From Anaeromyxobacteraceae bacterium (GTDB lineage: Bacteria; Myxococcota; Myxococcia; Myxococcales; Anaeromyxobacteraceae), in the NCBI GenBank assembly GCA_047602405.1, contig JASGHJ010000001.1, positions 128,001 through 192,000 on the forward strand: a stretch of 64,000 nucleotides of DNA, given 5' to 3'. A program made the translations under genes and the position numbers. This document shows positions 62,302 through 64,000 of this stretch, in pieces (position 1 is the first letter of the stretch; each line of letters starts with the position of its first letter). Under the pieces are notes generated by a model. It ran no database searches and was not told the origin of the DNA. It saw nothing but the letters and a program-made list of their open reading frames with translations.

Positions 62302-64000
62302 CTAGAAGTCCGAGACCCGGACCTCGTCGCTCCGCGCGCGCGGCCGCCGCGCCGCCGGCAACGCCCTCGCGCCGGCGCCGCTCGCACGGGTCAGCTGGAA
62401 GCTCGCGATCATCGCGCCGAGCTCCTCCGCCTGCGCGGAGAGCTCGCTCGCCGCCGACGAGGACTCCTCGGCGGACGCGGCGTTCTGCTGGGTGACCCGG
62501 TCCATCTCGCCGACGGCCTTCGTCACGCCGTCGATGCCCGCGGACTGGTCCACCCCGGCGGCGGAGATCTCCGACACGATGGCGGTCACCTTGCCGATGC
62601 CGCCGACGATCTCGCCGAGCTTCCCGGCCACGTGCTTCGCGGTGGTCTCGCCGTCGCCGGCCTCCTTCACCGACTGCCGGATGAGCTCCTCGGTCTTGGT
62701 CGCGGCCTCCTTCGCGCGGAGCGCCAGCGACCGGACCTCCTCGGCGACGACCGCGAACCCGCGGCCCGCCTCGCCGGCGCGCGCGGCCTCGACGGCGGCG
62801 TTGAGGGCGAGGAGGTTCGTCTGGAAGGCGATGTCCGAGACGTCCTTGATGATCTGCGAGGTGCCCTCCGCGGAGGCCTTGATGCGCCCCATCACGCCCT
62901 GCATCTGCTCGACGGCCTGCGAGCCGTCGTCCGCGGCGGTCCGGGCGCCCTGGGCGAGCAGGTTCGCCTGCTGGGCGTTCTCCACCGCGTGCCTCGTGAG
63001 CGCCGAGAGCGACTCCACCGAGGCGGTGGTCTCCTGCAGGCTCCCCGCCTGCTGGGAGGCGCCGGAGGCGACGGCCTGGGAGGAGGAGGCGATCTGCGTC
63101 GCCGCCGACGACACCTGCTCCACGGTCGAGGCGACCTGGGCCATGGCGTCCTCGAGGGCCTGGGCGGTGGCGTTGAGCGCGTCCTTGATGCGCGCGTGGT
63201 CGCCGCGGTAGTCGCCGGTCACCCGCGCCGTGAGGTCGCGGCGGGAGAGGGCCTCGAGCGCGCGGCTCGTCTCGGTGATCGGCGCGAGCACCGCGTCGAG
63301 CGTGCGGTTGACGCCGTCCACGATCTTGCGGAAGTCGCCCTGGTGCCGCGCGGCGTCGGCCCGCGTCTCGAGGTGGCCCTCGACGGCCGCCGAGGCGAGC
63401 CGGTTCGCGTCGGCGACGAGCGCGTTCACGGCGTCGATGCAGGTGTTGAGGTTCCGCTTCAGGACGTCGAAGTCGCCGCGGTACTCGGCCGTGATCCTCG
63501 CCGGGATGGCGCCGCGCGAGATCTCGTCGACGTAGCGCGCCGCCACGTTGAGCGGCCCGATGACGGCGTCGAGCGTGTCGTTCACGCCCTGGACGATCTT
63601 CCGGAAGTCGCCCTGGTGCCTCGAGGCGTCGGCCCGGGTCGCGAGCTCGCCCGCGACCGCGGCCTGCGAGAGCGCGCGCGCGTCGTTCACGAGCGCGTTC
63701 ACGGCGTCGATGCAGCCGTTGAGCGAGCGCTTCACGATCGCGTAGTCGCCCCGGAACTCCGCCGTGATGTGGCCGGGGATGGCGCCCCGCGAGATCTCGT
63801 CGAGCGCGCGGGCGGCCACGTTGAGCGGGCCGACCACGGCGTCGAGCGTGTCGTTCACGCCCTGCACGATCTTCCGGAAGTCGCCCGGGTGGCGGGAGGC
63901 GTCCGCGCGGATGGCGAGCTGGCCCGCCACCGCCGCGCCCACGAGCTGCGAGGCGTCGGCGACGAGCGCGTTCACGGTGCCGGTGCACGCGTTGAGCGCG
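62302..64000 (-). CDS. Methyl-accepting chemotaxis protein with tandem HAMP repeats (partial)
   Basis: [34 protein letters not shown]; 273-bp repeated HAMP units. Confidence 0.93.
   Translation of the reverse strand, partial: ALNACTGTVNALVADASQLVGAAVAGQLAIRADASRHPGDFRKIVQGVNDTLDAVVGPLNVAARALDEISRGAIPGHITAEFRGDYAIVKRSLNGCIDAVNALVNDARALSQAAVAGELATRADASRHQGDFRKIVQGVNDTLDAVIGPLNVAARYVDEISRGAIPARITAEYRGDFDVLKRNLNTCIDAVNALVADANRLASAAVEGHLETRADAARHQGDFRKIVDGVNRTLDAVLAPITETSRALEALSRRDLTARVTGDYRGDHARIKDALNATAQALEDAMAQVASTVEQVSSAATQIASSSQAVASGASQQAGSLQETTASVESLSALTRHAVENAQQANLLAQGARTAADDGSQAVEQMQGVMGRIKASAEGTSQIIKDVSDIAFQTNLLALNAAVEAARAGEAGRGFAVVAEEVRSLALRAKEAATKTEELIRQSVKEAGDGETTAKHVAGKLGEIVGGIGKVTAIVSEISAAGVDQSAGIDGVTKAVGEMDRVTQQNAASAEESSSAASELSAQAEELGAMIASFQLTRASGAGARALPAARRPRARSDEVRVSDF

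Overview
Very GC-rich chromosomal window whose gene content and codon style suggest an Anaeromyxobacter-like myxobacterium (inference). It is densely packed with about 60 genes for stress, DNA metabolism and housekeeping. These include nhaA with a probable nhaA-I (Li+) riboswitch, a cold-shock gene, a sirtuin, two SNF2/SWIM systems, egtD-egtB and a BufA2/MNIO (DUF692)/DUF2063 bufferin-type RiPP operon. Also present are a Tat-exported Mo-hydroxylase cluster, vapBC, an orphan N6-methyltransferase, a complete IS110 element, addAB with a NERD helicase, an ADP-ribosylglycohydrolase, katG with an OxyR-like box, pap and a partial poly-HAMP chemoreceptor. The strongest unexplained signal is a promoter-like motif, TGTCCG-YNCCNNYGS-NANNNT, found five times at about -26 upstream of the sirtuin, TPR/SNF2/SWIM, HD-hydrolase, addAB and ADP-ribosylhydrolase genes. 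It resembles the actinobacterial PafBC DNA-damage promoter but has a 9-nt spacer. The IS110 ends can be deduced from sequence, and its left end holds candidate bridge-RNA guides. Three of the four frameshifts are the same GATC->GAATC change and are probably sequencing artefacts. All calls come from reading the sequence by eye; no database searches were run.
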